In this document: piece after piece, positions 32,603 to 42,632 of the stretch
Position numbering within the stretch: position 1 is the first letter of the stretch
Layout of the letters: each line of letters begins with the position of its first letter
The notes under the pieces: model-generated
What the model was told of the DNA's origin: nothing
Database searches by the model: none
Seen by the model: the letters and a program-made list of their open reading frames with translations, nothing else
Position numbers and translations under genes: made by a program
Source: an uncultured delta proteobacterium
GTDB taxonomy: Bacteria; Myxococcota_A; Polyangia; Haliangiales; Haliangiaceae
Assembly (NCBI GenBank): GCA_963848295.1
Contig: CAWKDB010000002.1
Span: 608,001-672,000 of the forward strand
Direction: 5' to 3'
Length of the DNA stretch: 64,000 bases

Positions 32603-33730
32603 ATGCGGTACGCGTCGTGGATCGCAGTCGCCGCCGCATTTACGCCGGGTTGCCGGCAGGTTTTCGGGATCGATCCGCCTCGCCTGGCCAGCGATGCCGC
32701 GGTCGACGTGGCCGATGCCCCGGTCGGACCGCCGGCCGATGCGAGCTTCTGCTACGGACCGTCGACGTTCTTGATGTGCTTCGACGCGCCGCCGACCGGT
32801 TCGTTGAGCCTGATGTCGATCGACGCCGGCAAGGCGGTCACGTGCGCGCCGTCGCTACCCGCGAGCTGGACGGCCGCCGGGCAGCCGGACGTCTGCTTGC
32901 TCGCCTACAACGACATCACGATCGCCTCGAACGTCCGCGTGAAAGGCACGCGGCCTCTGGTGCTGCTCGCGGCGACGACGATCAACGTGTCGGCGACGCT
33001 CGACGCTTCGAGCCAAGGCGCGAGCATCGGCGGTCCCGGTGCGAGCTCGCCGCCGTGCTCGACCGCGATCAACGGCTACGACACCACGATCGCCCAGTCG
33101 CCGGGCGGCGGCGGTGCGGGCGGCACGCTCGCAGGTGCGGGCGCGGTAGGCGGCGGCGATCCGGGTGGGACCGGCGTGCCGTGCGCGGCCTCGGTCGAGC
33201 ACACCCCGCTGCGCGGCGGTGCGAACGGCGGCGTGGGCGGCGACCAGCCGGACTACACCCTCAACCCGAAAGCCGGGCTCGGCGGCGGTGCGGTCTACCT
33301 CGCGGCGGGGACGTCGATCACGATCGGCGCGAGCGGCCTGATCAACGCTTCGGGCGGCGGCGGCAACGGCGGCACCAACTTCACCGGCGGTGGCGGCGGT
33401 GGCGCCGGCGGGATGATCGCGCTCTACGCACCGACGATCGACGCGATCGGTACGCTGATGACCAACGGCGGCGGCGGTGGTGGCGGCCGAGGCAACGGCA
33501 GCGATCCCTCGACCGCAGCGCCGACCGCGGGCGGTGCGGGCGGTAGCTTCAACGGCTCGCCGACCGGCGGCAGCGGGTGTGGCCGCGCCGCGCAGCCGAC
33601 CGCCGGTGCGGCGGGCAGCGTCCCGAGCGGCTTCGGCGCGAGCGGCGGCGGCGGCGGTTGCGGCTTCATCCTGTCGAGCGATACCAGCCTACAGAGCGTG
33701 ACGGCGTCGCCGGGCCTGACGCCGTTCTAG
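32603..33730 (+). CDS. Gly-rich secreted lipoprotein
   Basis: Lipobox-like PGC; GGGGAGG repeats. Confidence 0.7.
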   Translation: MRYASWIAVAAAFTPGCRQVFGIDPPRLASDAAVDVADAPVGPPADASFCYGPSTFLMCFDAPPTGSLSLMSIDAGKAVTCAPSLPASWTAAGQPDVCLLAYNDITIASNVRVKGTRPLVLLAATTINVSATLDASSQGASIGGPGASSPPCSTAINGYDTTIAQSPGGGGAGGTLAGAGAVGGGDPGGTGVPCAASVEHTPLRGGANGGVGGDQPDYTLNPKAGLGGGAVYLAAGTSITIGASGLINASGGGGNGGTNFTGGGGGGAGGMIALYAPTIDAIGTLMTNGGGGGGGRGNGSDPSTAAPTAGGAGGSFNGSPTGGSGCGRAAQPTAGAAGSVPSGFGASGGGGGCGFILSSDTSLQSVTASPGLTPF

Positions 33731-34692
33731 AACGAGCCGACCAGCACGACGCCGGCCGACGTCGTGGTCGCGGTCGGCGCGACGATGATCTCGCGCGGCG
33801 CGGTCAGATAGAGCACCGCGCCACCGGCGGCGAGGACGAGCCCGGCGATGCCGATGCCGGTGGCGAGGTTCGCGTCTTTCCCGGCGCGATCGACCTCGTG
33901 GACGCCCGCGGGATTGCACACCGTGCTGTACGCCGGCGTGCTCGTGCAGTTGCCGTTGTCGAACTGCGCGCGATCGAGGTCGTGCGCCGAGATGCCGACG
34001 ATCACGCTCGTCGCGATCGTCGCGAGACCGACGCCCGCCGCCGCGGCCCCGAGGATCACCCGGCCGCGGGCGCGCCGAGTCGGCTGCGGCGGCGGGTTCG
34101 TGCGCGGCGGTGGCGTCTGCGGGGGATTCGGCGTGAACGACGGGATCTTGACGACGACGGTCTTGCTCGCCTCGACCTGGGCCGTGGTCTGGAAGCCGGG
34201 CCGATCGGGGACACGCGCGCTCACCGCGACGCTCCCCGGATCGACCTTGCGCTCGAGCTCCGCCGCCGCGACCACCGGCGCACCGCCGATCGCCACCACG
34301 AGCCCGGGCGCGCCCGGATCCGCCACCTCGACGACGAGCGTGCCGATCTTAGATAGCAGGGCGTTCGCTCGATCGCGCGACACCCCCTCGCGCTTGATGT
34401 CGCCCGCCTGCTCGGCATGGATCGCCGCATCGTCGAACAGCCGCCAGGCGTCGGCGAGATGACCCAGGCGCTCCCGGCAATCGGCGAGGTTGAGCTCGGT
34501 CCCGAGCGCGCGCTCGAGCTCGTAGCTCTTCGCGAACAGCGGGCACGCCTCATCGAGCTTGCCGGCCTTCACCAACGCGCGGCCGTCGTCGAACAGCTTC
34601 TTCGCCTCGGCGTTGCCGCCACCGGCGGGTTGCCCGAACACCCGACCGGTGCTGAACATCCCGAGCATCGCGACCCATGCGAGCGCGCGCAT
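33727..34692 (-). CDS. Secreted TPR/PEGA-like protein
   Basis: A..LF..GR.L...G...EAC..F..S; LNLADC.E..G..A.AW..F. Confidence 0.75.
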   Translation of the reverse strand: MRALAWVAMLGMFSTGRVFGQPAGGGNAEAKKLFDDGRALVKAGKLDEACPLFAKSYELERALGTELNLADCRERLGHLADAWRLFDDAAIHAEQAGDIKREGVSRDRANALLSKIGTLVVEVADPGAPGLVVAIGGAPVVAAAELERKVDPGSVAVSARVPDRPGFQTTAQVEASKTVVVKIPSFTPNPPQTPPPRTNPPPQPTRRARGRVILGAAAAGVGLATIATSVIVGISAHDLDRAQFDNGNCTSTPAYSTVCNPAGVHEVDRAGKDANLATGIGIAGLVLAAGGAVLYLTAPREIIVAPTATTTSAGVVLVGSF

Positions 34693-34705
34693 CTTGGTTA
34701 TCGTA

Positions 34706-35668
34706 CTACCGAACGATGACGAGCATGTCGGTCTCGAGGATCTGCTCGGCCCATCGCCGTTTGTAGTCCATCTCGGTGCCGAGGTCGTACCGGCCGACCG
34801 CCTCGGCGCACAGCTCGAGCACTTGCCGGTACTGCAGCAACCCACCGATCCCGAGCTGCGCGACCGAGTCGTCGTAAGAGAATTGCAGTCCGCGGTACTC
34901 GCCCGCGAGCACCGCCCCGAGGATGTAGCCGACGTCGCGATCACCCTTGCGCGCGAAGATCGTCCGCTGCTGACCGAGCGCGCACAGCCGCGGCATCATC
35001 AAGCTGTAGAATCCGCGCATCGGCCCGGCCGAGATCCCGACGCCCTCGCCGGCCTTCCAGCTCGTCGCCTCGACCGCCTGGATCCGTTCGTACAGCGCGT
35101 GCGCCTCGGCCTCGGTCGCGCGCACCGACTCGAACGTCACGCCTTCGGTGTCGGCGACGCGCAGCGATCTGCGGAGCGACTTGCGCAGGTCGCGCGATCG
35201 CCGCGCCAAGAACCCGTCGATGCCGCCGTCGAGGCTCGCGACGTGGCGGATCGTCGGCTGGCCGCGGCGGCGCTCCCACCGCGCCGGCAACGCCGCATCG
35301 AGCGCCCGACGTTGCGCACTCGACGCGGCGTGGCCCGAGATGATCGCGAGCTGCCAGTCGCGCCGGCCGGCAAGCAGCGGCACGACCTCGGCGACGACCG
35401 CCACTGGATCGCGGCCGATCAGCGGCGCGGCGAGCCCCCACGCGAGCTCGATCGGCTCGATGTACGGAAAGCCGGCGGGGTGAACGCCGCGCATCGCCGC
35501 GAAGTAGCCGTGCTCGCCTTGGAACGAGAACGAAGCGCGCGGCGGCATCAACGCGGACGCGGCGGCGAGCACCCACGCCGTCTGCGAGCAGAACCGATCG
35601 ATACCCGGCGTCGCGACGACCTCGCGATCGAAGTCGTCGGCAATGGCCGCGAGGTCGACCGGCTCCAC
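34706..35668 (-). CDS. GNAT-fold acetyltransferase (CelD/BcsL-like)
   Basis: SYD......IGGLL, YDLG...DYKRRW. Confidence 0.7.
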   Translation of the reverse strand: MEPVDLAAIADDFDREVVATPGIDRFCSQTAWVLAAASALMPPRASFSFQGEHGYFAAMRGVHPAGFPYIEPIELAWGLAAPLIGRDPVAVVAEVVPLLAGRRDWQLAIISGHAASSAQRRALDAALPARWERRRGQPTIRHVASLDGGIDGFLARRSRDLRKSLRRSLRVADTEGVTFESVRATEAEAHALYERIQAVEATSWKAGEGVGISAGPMRGFYSLMMPRLCALGQQRTIFARKGDRDVGYILGAVLAGEYRGLQFSYDDSVAQLGIGGLLQYRQVLELCAEAVGRYDLGTEMDYKRRWAEQILETDMLVIVR

Positions 35669-35736
35669 ACCTGGCAATGTACCGCCACGTGGCAATCGTA
35701 ATGTTGGACCCGCAGCGATTCTGCAATAGTGGGGTC

Positions 35737-36789
35737 ATGCGCATCCGTGCCGCCCTGCTCGCGTACCTGGCTGCGACAGGCTGCGCCGACAACAGCTACC
35801 GGATCCCGCGATCGGAGCTCATGCGGCTCGCCGCGACGCCCCCAGCCCAGCGCGCCGATCACGTCTTCGTCTCGCAGGAGTACTTCGCGACCGACGTTCC
35901 GACCGCGCCGAAGGTATACGAGGAGACCCCGATCGTGCTCGTGCCGCCGGTCTACGTCGACGGCGAGCGGCGTCGCTCCGGCGGCTTCGGCGGCAACGGC
36001 GGCGGCGGTTTCGGCGGTGGTCACGTCAGCGGCGGCGCGCACGGCGGCGGTGGTGGTCACGGCGGAGGTGGCGGCGGCCTGGGCGGTGGTGGTGGCGGCG
36101 ACGGACGCGCGTACGTGATCGGCGCGGTCGTCGTCGCGGTGTCGATCCTCGTCGTCGCCGCGGCAGTCGAAGGCGATCGGTTCGACGGCTACGTGAAGCT
36201 CCACCCGATGCACCCACTCCACCTGATCGGGCAAGACGGCGCCTACGCCGAGATGCCGCTCGCATGGCTCGATCCGCAGACCGCGGCGCTGTCCGACTAC
36301 GCGGTCGTGCGTCCGGACGAAGGCCCATGGCAACGGCTCGAACGCGCGCGGCTGTGGCGCACCGGCTGGACGTACGGCGTGTACAGCGGCATCGGCACGT
36401 ACGTCGCGCGGGATGGCAGCATTGGCACCGGCCCCGCCAACACGATCCAGCTCGGCTACTTTCCGGAGCAGCGCTTCGGCATCGTCAGCTCGGTGTTCCT
36501 CGGTTGGCGCGACGACGCGAAAGAAAATACGTCATACGAGTCGCGCTACACGCTCGAGGCCCAGGCGTTTCCCGTCGCCGCGGGCCCGGTCCACTTCGGC
36601 GCGTACGGCGGCGGCGGCCTCGCGTATCGAGTCGAGCCGAACGGCAACGACGGCGGCGGCGAGCTCCACGGCGGCGCCGCGATCCAACTCGACGTCGCGA
36701 CCCGGCTCGCGCTGACGCTGCGCTTCGGCGTCAGCGACGCGCACGGCGCGATGATGCAAGACGCGATGTTCGGCCTGGCGATTTATTGA
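35737..36789 (+). CDS. Lipoprotein with Gly-rich segment and beta-barrel-like C-terminus
   Basis: ATGC lipobox; terminal aromatic residue. Confidence 0.6.
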   Translation: MRIRAALLAYLAATGCADNSYRIPRSELMRLAATPPAQRADHVFVSQEYFATDVPTAPKVYEETPIVLVPPVYVDGERRRSGGFGGNGGGGFGGGHVSGGAHGGGGGHGGGGGGLGGGGGGDGRAYVIGAVVVAVSILVVAAAVEGDRFDGYVKLHPMHPLHLIGQDGAYAEMPLAWLDPQTAALSDYAVVRPDEGPWQRLERARLWRTGWTYGVYSGIGTYVARDGSIGTGPANTIQLGYFPEQRFGIVSSVFLGWRDDAKENTSYESRYTLEAQAFPVAAGPVHFGAYGGGGLAYRVEPNGNDGGGELHGGAAIQLDVATRLALTLRFGVSDAHGAMMQDAMFGLAIY

Positions 36790-36792
36790 CAG

Positions 36793-37038
36793 CTACTTCT
36801 GGTACGTCGCCTTCCACGCGTCGTACGGCATGCCGTAGATCGCCTCGCGCGCCTCGGGGTCGGTCAGCTCGACGCCGCGCTCGCCGGCCTCGGCGCGGTA
36901 CCACTTGGCCAGGCAGTTGCGGCAGAACCCCGCGAGGTTCATGACGTCGAGGTTCTGGACATCGGTGCGCTCGCGGAAGTGGCTGACCAGCCGGCGAAAG
37001 GCGGCCGCTTCGATCTCGATCCGCTGCTGGTCGGTCAT
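36793..37038 (-). CDS. DUF1244-family protein
   Basis: EAAAFRRLV.H...R.DVQN.D.MNLAGFCRNCL.KWY; YGMPY..WK. Confidence 0.9.
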   Translation of the reverse strand: MTDQQRIEIEAAAFRRLVSHFRERTDVQNLDVMNLAGFCRNCLAKWYRAEAGERGVELTDPEAREAIYGMPYDAWKATYQK

Positions 37039-37095
37039 CCGCTGGCCTTTAGCACATGATCGCCCACGCGGTATCGGCCGTGGTATCGCTGGGGC

Positions 37096-38271
37096 GTGGA
37101 GCTCCCGAGCTCGGTCACGCAGGTCACGGTCGGCGAGACGACGTACTACGTCGTAGGTACGGCGCACGTGTCGAGCCGATCGGTCGACGAGGTCCGCGAG
37201 GTGATCGCGGCCGTCGAGCCCGAGGTCGTGTGCGTCGAGTTATGCCCGGCGCGCCTCGCGGCGCTCACCACCGACGGCGCGTTCCGCAACCTCGACGTGT
37301 TCAAGGTCGTACGCGAAGGCCGCACGCTGTACCTGCTCGTGCACCTCGCGCTCGCGTCGTATCAACGGCGGATCGGCGCCACGCTCGGGGTCAAGCCCGG
37401 CGCCGAGCTGATCGCCGCGGTCGATGCCGCGAAGGAGCGCAACATCCCGCTCGCGCTCGTCGATCGCGATATCAACATCACGCTCAAGCGAACGTGGCGC
37501 AACGTCGGGCTGTGGAAGCGGCTGATGCTCGTCGCGTCGTTGTTCGGCGGTGGCGAGTCGACCGATCCGGGCGGCGAGATCACCGCCGATACGGTCGAGG
37601 ATCTCAAAGAGACCCAGGCGCTCAACGAGATGCTGACCGAGCTATCGAAGGCGCTGCCGCAGGTCAAAGGCCCGCTGATCGACGAGCGCGACGCGTACCT
37701 CGCGAGCAAGACGACCGAGGCCGGCGTCGGCAAGCGCAAGGTCGTCGTGGTGGTCGGCGCGGCGCACGTGCCGGGCATGGTGCCGAAGCTCGGCACGAAG
37801 ATCGATCGCGCGCCGCTCGAGATCGTGCCGCCGCCCGCGCTGTGGTGGCGCCTCGCGAAGTGGATCGTGCCGGTCGCGATCCTGAGTCTCTTGATCTTCT
37901 TCGCGTTGCGCAGCGATCCGGCGACGTTCGCGCGCGCGATGATCGCGTGGATCGTCCCGACGATGATCGGCGCCGGCGCGTTCACGCTGATCGCCGGTGG
38001 AACCGTGTTGTCGGTGATCGCCGCCACGTTCGTGTCGCCGATCGCGCGGATCTATCCGTTGGTGCGGACCGGCATCGTGGTCGGGATCGTCGAGGCCTGG
38101 CGGCGCAAGCCGTCGGTCGCCGACTGCGAGCGCTTGGCCGACGACGCCGACAGCTTTCGGGGCATGCGTCGTAACCCCGTGACGCGCATCCTGATCGTGG
38201 CTGTGGCATCTGGCCTCGGCGCGCTGATCGGGTTCTGGGTCGGTGTGGGCTGGGTCGCTAGCGTTCTGTGA
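37096..38271 (+). CDS. TraB/PrgY/GumN-family protein
   Basis: GTAHVS, VCVEL...R, DR.I.ITL.R, IDERD.Y, VVGAAHV.G; C-terminal TMs. Confidence 0.9.
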   Translation: MELPSSVTQVTVGETTYYVVGTAHVSSRSVDEVREVIAAVEPEVVCVELCPARLAALTTDGAFRNLDVFKVVREGRTLYLLVHLALASYQRRIGATLGVKPGAELIAAVDAAKERNIPLALVDRDINITLKRTWRNVGLWKRLMLVASLFGGGESTDPGGEITADTVEDLKETQALNEMLTELSKALPQVKGPLIDERDAYLASKTTEAGVGKRKVVVVVGAAHVPGMVPKLGTKIDRAPLEIVPPPALWWRLAKWIVPVAILSLLIFFALRSDPATFARAMIAWIVPTMIGAGAFTLIAGGTVLSVIAATFVSPIARIYPLVRTGIVVGIVEAWRRKPSVADCERLADDADSFRGMRRNPVTRILIVAVASGLGALIGFWVGVGWVASVL

Positions 38272-38334
38272 CGACTGCGTGACGCGCTGATCCGTTGCTG
38301 AATCTGCGACGTATCGCAGGTATAAGGGACGTCT

Positions 38335-39732
38335 ATGGTGACCAGGCGAGACGCGATCAAGACGCTCGGCGGCCTGGCCGGCGCGGCGGGGCTATCCCGG
38401 CTGCTGCCCGGCTGCGGCGGCAACGGCAAGAGCGGCATCACGAACTACGTGTTCATGATGCTCGAGAACCGGACCTACGATCATTACTTCGGCGGGCGCT
38501 CGCTGGTCGAAGGGCTGCCCGGCGACGGGCTCACTGCCGCGATGATGAACCCGGACACCAACGGCGTGCCGGTCGCGCCGTACGTCCCCGCGATGGGGCC
38601 CGACGAATGCGTCAAGGATCCCGACCACAGCTGGGACGGCTCGCGCCTGCAATGGAACAACGGCGCGAACGACGGGTTCGTCAAGCAGCAGGAAGCCGCC
38701 TACGGTCTCGGCTCGCACGAGCCGATGCAGTACTACACGCGCGACCTGTTGCCGATCAGCTGGGCGCTCGCCGACGCCTACACGACGTGCGATCGCTGGT
38801 TCGCGTCGGTGCTCGGTCCGACCTGGCCGAATCGGTTCTACTGGATGTGCGGCACGTCCGGCGGGTTGATGGACAACGAGCTGCCGGGCTCGACTGGCAC
38901 GGTCACGTTCCCGACGATCTTCAACAGCCTGCACGACGCGGACATCGACTGGGCCTACTACTACGGGTCGATTCCGGTCGTGTCGGCGCTCGACAGCCCG
39001 GGGCAGTACCAGATCGACGTCTCGACCAACGTCAAGAACTTCACCCATTTCATGACCGACGCGATGGCCGGCAACCTGCCGACCATCACGTACATCGATC
39101 CGGCGTTCTATCAGAACGACGATCATCCGCCGATCCATCCGATCAACGGCCAGGCGCTGATCTCGACCGTGTACACCGCGCTCGCCAGCTCTCCGCAGTG
39201 GAAGAACACGCTGCTCGTCATCACCTACGACGAGCACGGCGGCTTCTTCGATCACGTCTCGCCCGGGATGACGACCGACGACATGCCGGCGTTCATGCAG
39301 CGCGGCTTCCGCGTTCCGGCGATGGTCATCGGCCCGTACGTCAAGCAGGGCTACGTCAGCTCGGTCGAGCTCGAGCACACCTCGGCGCTGCACCACCTCG
39401 AAGAGACCTTCGACCTGCCGCCGCTCAACAGCCGGACCGCCGCGCAGAACGATCTGAGCGACTGCATCGACATGGATCGGCTCGCGAAGGGCGATTGGGC
39501 GCCGCCGATCGAGCTACCCGACGTCGACCCCGATTCGTGGCAGATGGGGCCGGCGTGCGTGTACAGCAGTAGCGCGCGCTTGGAGCCCGAGCACCTCGAT
39601 CCGATCACCGCGTGGGCGAACAAGAACCCCGACCGGATCAAGGGCCTCGACTTGCGGCCGCAGCTGCCGCAGTACGAGAAGGCGATCAAGGACTTCATGC
39701 GCGCGCATCGCGGCAAGGTCCCGGTCCGCTGA
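38335..39732 (+). CDS. Tat-exported phosphoesterase / phospholipase C family protein
   Basis: TRRDA Tat motif; MLENRTYDHYFG, TWPNR, DDHP, YDEHGGFFDHV, GFRVP. Confidence 0.92.
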   Translation: MVTRRDAIKTLGGLAGAAGLSRLLPGCGGNGKSGITNYVFMMLENRTYDHYFGGRSLVEGLPGDGLTAAMMNPDTNGVPVAPYVPAMGPDECVKDPDHSWDGSRLQWNNGANDGFVKQQEAAYGLGSHEPMQYYTRDLLPISWALADAYTTCDRWFASVLGPTWPNRFYWMCGTSGGLMDNELPGSTGTVTFPTIFNSLHDADIDWAYYYGSIPVVSALDSPGQYQIDVSTNVKNFTHFMTDAMAGNLPTITYIDPAFYQNDDHPPIHPINGQALISTVYTALASSPQWKNTLLVITYDEHGGFFDHVSPGMTTDDMPAFMQRGFRVPAMVIGPYVKQGYVSSVELEHTSALHHLEETFDLPPLNSRTAAQNDLSDCIDMDRLAKGDWAPPIELPDVDPDSWQMGPACVYSSSARLEPEHLDPITAWANKNPDRIKGLDLRPQLPQYEKAIKDFMRAHRGKVPVR

Positions 39733-39877
39733 GAGTTCACCTGCGAGACAAGCAGGCGCGACACGCCCGACAAAGCCGTCGGCGATAACGAGCTCGGAGG
39801 CAAGGTCTCGCTCGATTCGACCGAGATGTCTCCACCGCACGTGGCCGAGGTAACCCCTCGGCTTCGTCACTTTCGGC

Positions 39878-40741
39878 CTAGCAGAGGATGTCGAGCAGCT
39901 GCGCGCGGGTCAGGTAGCCCTCGAGCACCGCGACATACTCGTCGATCATGAGATCGAGCTCGAGCGTCATGCGCTGGCCCGCGGTGCGGACGACGCGACC
40001 CGAGATCGGAATCTCGCTGCCCGCGAGGTGAGCGACACCCGAGATCCAGCTGCCGTTGCCCGGCGAGCCCGCCGGCGCGACGATCGACACGTGGGTGCGC
40101 GAGATGTCGGCGATCGGCACGTTGCCGGAGTCGAGCCGGACGTGCGCGGCGAGCGCCGGCGGCGGCTCGACGCGGTAGTTCACTCGCCGGTTGTGCGTGA
40201 TCAGCTTGTCGAGGGTGTCGTGCACCGGCGCCGAGATCGGCGTCTCGGCACTCTCCAGCACGAGCTCGCGCAGTCGCTTGAGGTCTTTTTGCGTCGTCAT
40301 CAAGTTCTGGCGCATGTCGGCCATCCGCCGCTGATCGCGATGGACCTTGTCCGCGACGAACCCGAGCAGGTTGACGAGGAAGCGCACGCCGAGCTCTTGG
40401 CGATTCGCGAGAAACTCCTGGATCTGCTTGGCGGGCAACGCCCACACCGCCGAGCCCGCCACCGGGGTCGCCCGCGTCGAGCGCGCGAGGTTGGTCAGCG
40501 CGCCGAGCTCTCCGATCAGCGCCGGCGGACGCATGCGGAACACGTCATCGCCCGGGCGATCGAGCACGACCTCGCCGCTGGTCAACAGATACAGCGAGGT
40601 CGCCGGATCGCCGACATCGAACAGTGCCGCCTTACCGTCGATCGCGACCGGCGCGAACAGGCGACCGATCTCGCGCAATTCGTCGTCGGAGAATCCGTGG
40701 AACAACGGAATCGTCCTCAGCTCGTTCGCGGTGGGCCCCAT
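39878..40741 (-). CDS. Cyclic-nucleotide-binding protein with PilZ-like C-terminus
   Basis: IPLF.G, LF..GD, GELG.L....RS; RRVNYR..DIS motif. Confidence 0.75.
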   Translation of the reverse strand: MGPTANELRTIPLFHGFSDDELREIGRLFAPVAIDGKAALFDVGDPATSLYLLTSGEVVLDRPGDDVFRMRPPALIGELGALTNLARSTRATPVAGSAVWALPAKQIQEFLANRQELGVRFLVNLLGFVADKVHRDQRRMADMRQNLMTTQKDLKRLRELVLESAETPISAPVHDTLDKLITHNRRVNYRVEPPPALAAHVRLDSGNVPIADISRTHVSIVAPAGSPGNGSWISGVAHLAGSEIPISGRVVRTAGQRMTLELDLMIDEYVAVLEGYLTRAQLLDILC

Positions 40742-40809
40742 GCGCGCACCATACCGCGCGCCCCCGCTGGCGCACATCTCGCCGCCCGAAATCGCGTATC
40801 GTGTGGCGC

Positions 40810-41685
40810 ATGCGACAGCTCGCGCTCGCGGCGCTCGCGCTCGCGGCGTGTCACGAGGACGCGAGCCGCGCCGCACCCCGCGATGCCCCGCCGCATCCAG
40901 CGCGCGATGGCGGCACCGCGCGGGTCGCGTTGCCTCACAACACCTACGCGGACCTCGCGAGCGCACTCGCCGCGATCATTCCCGACGACGCGCGCGTCAT
41001 CGGGTTCGGCGAGCTCCACGCGCGCACAGATCGCCCGCACGTCACGTCGGCCCTCGCCCGGTTCACGCGCGACGCCCTGCCCGCGCTGGCCCCGAAGCTC
41101 AGCGATCTCGTGATCGAGACCTGGTTGCTCGACCCCCACTGCGGCAAGACCGCGGCGCAGACGAGCGCGAAGGTCACGACCACGATGAAGCGCCCGGCCG
41201 AGACGACGAACGAGATCGGCGCGCTCGCCGACGCCGCTCGCAAGGCGCGAGTTCAGCCGCGCGCGATGAACGTCAGCTGCGCTGACTACGCGCGGATCGC
41301 GCCCGCAGGCAAAGACATCCAACCCGACGTCTTGCTCACGCTCACGACGAGCGAGCTCGGCCGCGTCGCGACCGAGGCGCTCACCGCGCGCGACGCCGAG
41401 CCGCACCACCGGCCGTGGATCGCGGTGTACGGCGGTGCGCTGCACAACGACCGATTCCCCGACGATAGCGTCGCCGAATGGAGCTACGCCGCGAAGGTCG
41501 ATGCTGCGACCCACGGCCACTTCGTCGAGATCGATCTGATCGTCCCCGAATTCGCCGACGGCGACCCGATGTCGCAGAAGGAGCCGTGGTACGGGCTCGC
41601 GAGCCACGCGGACAACGCGTTCCACGTATGGAAGCGCGGCGACCGGTCGTTCGTCGTCGTGATGCCGCGGACCGAAACGAAATGA
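40810..41685 (+). CDS. Lipoprotein, hypothetical (GE.H ... YGGALHND motifs)
   Basis: LAAC lipobox. Confidence 0.65.
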   Translation: MRQLALAALALAACHEDASRAAPRDAPPHPARDGGTARVALPHNTYADLASALAAIIPDDARVIGFGELHARTDRPHVTSALARFTRDALPALAPKLSDLVIETWLLDPHCGKTAAQTSAKVTTTMKRPAETTNEIGALADAARKARVQPRAMNVSCADYARIAPAGKDIQPDVLLTLTTSELGRVATEALTARDAEPHHRPWIAVYGGALHNDRFPDDSVAEWSYAAKVDAATHGHFVEIDLIVPEFADGDPMSQKEPWYGLASHADNAFHVWKRGDRSFVVVMPRTETK

Positions 41686-42632
41686 TCGGGCCGATCGTCG
41701 AACGCGTCGGCGAGGCGTGGCTCGCTTGCGCGCTGATCCAGGCGATGCTGTGGCTCGTCCAGCGACGCACGCGCAACGCCGGCATCGTCGACGTCGGCTG
41801 GGCGCTGACGTTCACCGTGGCCATCGGGATCTATGCGGCACGAGCGACCTCACCGATCACTGCGTGGCTCCCACTCGCCGCGATCGTCGCCGTGTGGAGC
41901 GTGCGGCTCGGTGGCTATCTGATCGCGCGCGGCGCCGCCTCGCCGCCAGAAGAAGGCCGCTACGTTGAGTTGCGCGCGCGCTGGGGCGATCGCGCCGGCT
42001 CGCGCTTCTTCGTGTTCTTTCAAGCGCAGGCCGCGCTGACCGCGTTGCTGTCCAGCGCGCTGGTCGTGCCGTTCGTCGCGGCACCGCGGTGGTGTGCGCT
42101 GCAAGCTGCCGGCGTCGCGCTATCGGCGATCGGCGTGCTCGGCGAGACCATCGCCGATGCGCAGCTCCATCGCTGGCGCCGCGATCCCGCGCACCGGGGC
42201 CAGGTCTGCGACGTCGGGTTGTGGAGCTGGTCGCGCCACCCGAACTACTTCTTCGAGTGGTGCGTCTGGTTAGGGTACGCGATACACGGTCTGGCTTTCG
42301 CGCCGTACGGGCTGATCGCGATCGTTCCGCAGGCGTTGCTGCTGTGCTCGATCTTGTTCGTCACGGGCATTCCACCGACGGAGAAACAGTCGCTCGCGTC
42401 GCGCGGCGATGCGTATCGCGCGTACCAAGCGCGCGTGAGCAAGTTCGTTCCGTGGCCTCCGAAGCGTCGTGATCCTGACGTCCGGATTTCGGACGAATTT
42501 TACGTTCTACACCGGTTCTACACCGGTATGTCAGCACCCTGTTGTACGCTCGGCTGCCATGATCAAGGTGCACGTCGGCACGGACGGAACGAAATCCTTC
42601 CAGGTCTACGGCCGCTCGCGGGTGCGCGATAA
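41682..42632 (+). CDS. DUF1295 / steroid 5-alpha-reductase-like membrane protein; homology ends near 42465, ORF runs on into the integrase
   Basis: VDVGW, E.IADAQL, GLWSWSRHPNYFFE, Y..YQ.RVS.F.PWPP. Confidence 0.85.
   Translation: MIGPIVERVGEAWLACALIQAMLWLVQRRTRNAGIVDVGWALTFTVAIGIYAARATSPITAWLPLAAIVAVWSVRLGGYLIARGAASPPEEGRYVELRARWGDRAGSRFFVFFQAQAALTALLSSALVVPFVAAPRWCALQAAGVALSAIGVLGETIADAQLHRWRRDPAHRGQVCDVGLWSWSRHPNYFFEWCVWLGYAIHGLAFAPYGLIAIVPQALLLCSILFVTGIPPTEKQSLASRGDAYRAYQARVSKFVPWPPKRRDPDVRISDEFYVLHRFYTGMSAPCCTLGCHDQGARRHGRNEILPGLRPLAGAR

Noticed and set aside
35980..36100. GGC-rich tandem repeat
   Set aside because: It is an in-frame Gly-rich linker within a lipoprotein gene.
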